NCBI RefSeq assembly: GCF_018350175.1
Contig: NC_058383.1
Coordinates: forward strand, 39,494,001 to 39,558,000
Direction of reading: 5' to 3'
DNA: 64,000 bases
Source of the DNA: Felis catus
Lineage: Eukaryota
The translations under genes were made by a program, and so were the position numbers. Positions 63,807 through 64,000 of the stretch are shown piece after piece. The stretch's first letter is position 1. Every line of letters starts with the position of its first letter. The notes under the pieces are model-generated. The model made no database searches. It had not been told where the DNA came from and saw only the letters and a program-made list of their open reading frames with translations.

Positions 63807-64000
63807 TAAAATTTCAACGGCTCAAGTGCTCTCCACTAAAGGAGTCCCGACCCTGCCCTTCGGGGGATGCTGCCCTGGCTGTTGGCTCTCCTCGCCCATT
63901 TCCAGAGGGTCTGATGGGGAAACTGAGGCAGGGAGCAAGTCAGGCGTTGTCTGAGATCTCAGAGTCAGAGCTAGCAGAGACCACTTCAAGGGCCCTGCCC

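Overview
Mammalian genomic DNA from a feliform carnivore, most likely a felid, judged by the many tRNA-derived CAN-SINEs of cat type. It is GC-rich and gene-dense and matches the human 16p13.3 block in reverse orientation: NHERF2/SLC9A3R2 (5' end, -), NPW (-), ZNF598 (+), SYNGR3 (-), GFER (-), NOXO1 (+), TBL3 (-), RNF151 (-), SNHG9/SNORA78 (-), RPS2 (+) with intronic SNORA64 and SNORA10, NDUFB10 (-) and RPL3L (+, first two exons). I traced exons by hand. All coding introns are GT-AG and all frames close without disruption; part of SYNGR3 exon 2 lies in an N gap. Gene names and cross-species comparisons come from recalled orthologue sequences, not from a database search. I see no convincing new multi-gene system. 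The best leads are: (1) a solo LTR between GFER and NOXO1 carrying the first canonical minus-strand poly(A) signal after TBL3, implying TBL3 read-through antisense across NOXO1; (2) a (CAG)7CAA(CAG)8 polyQ tract and four DFPxL motifs in ZNF598; (3) NPW with a CUG start, a His in place of the terminal Trp of NPW30, and a last exon open in two frames; (4) RFX X-box-like palindromes that give in-frame upstream ATGs to both NPW and GFER; (5) a duplicated 30-bp composite element in the NDUFB10 promoter.
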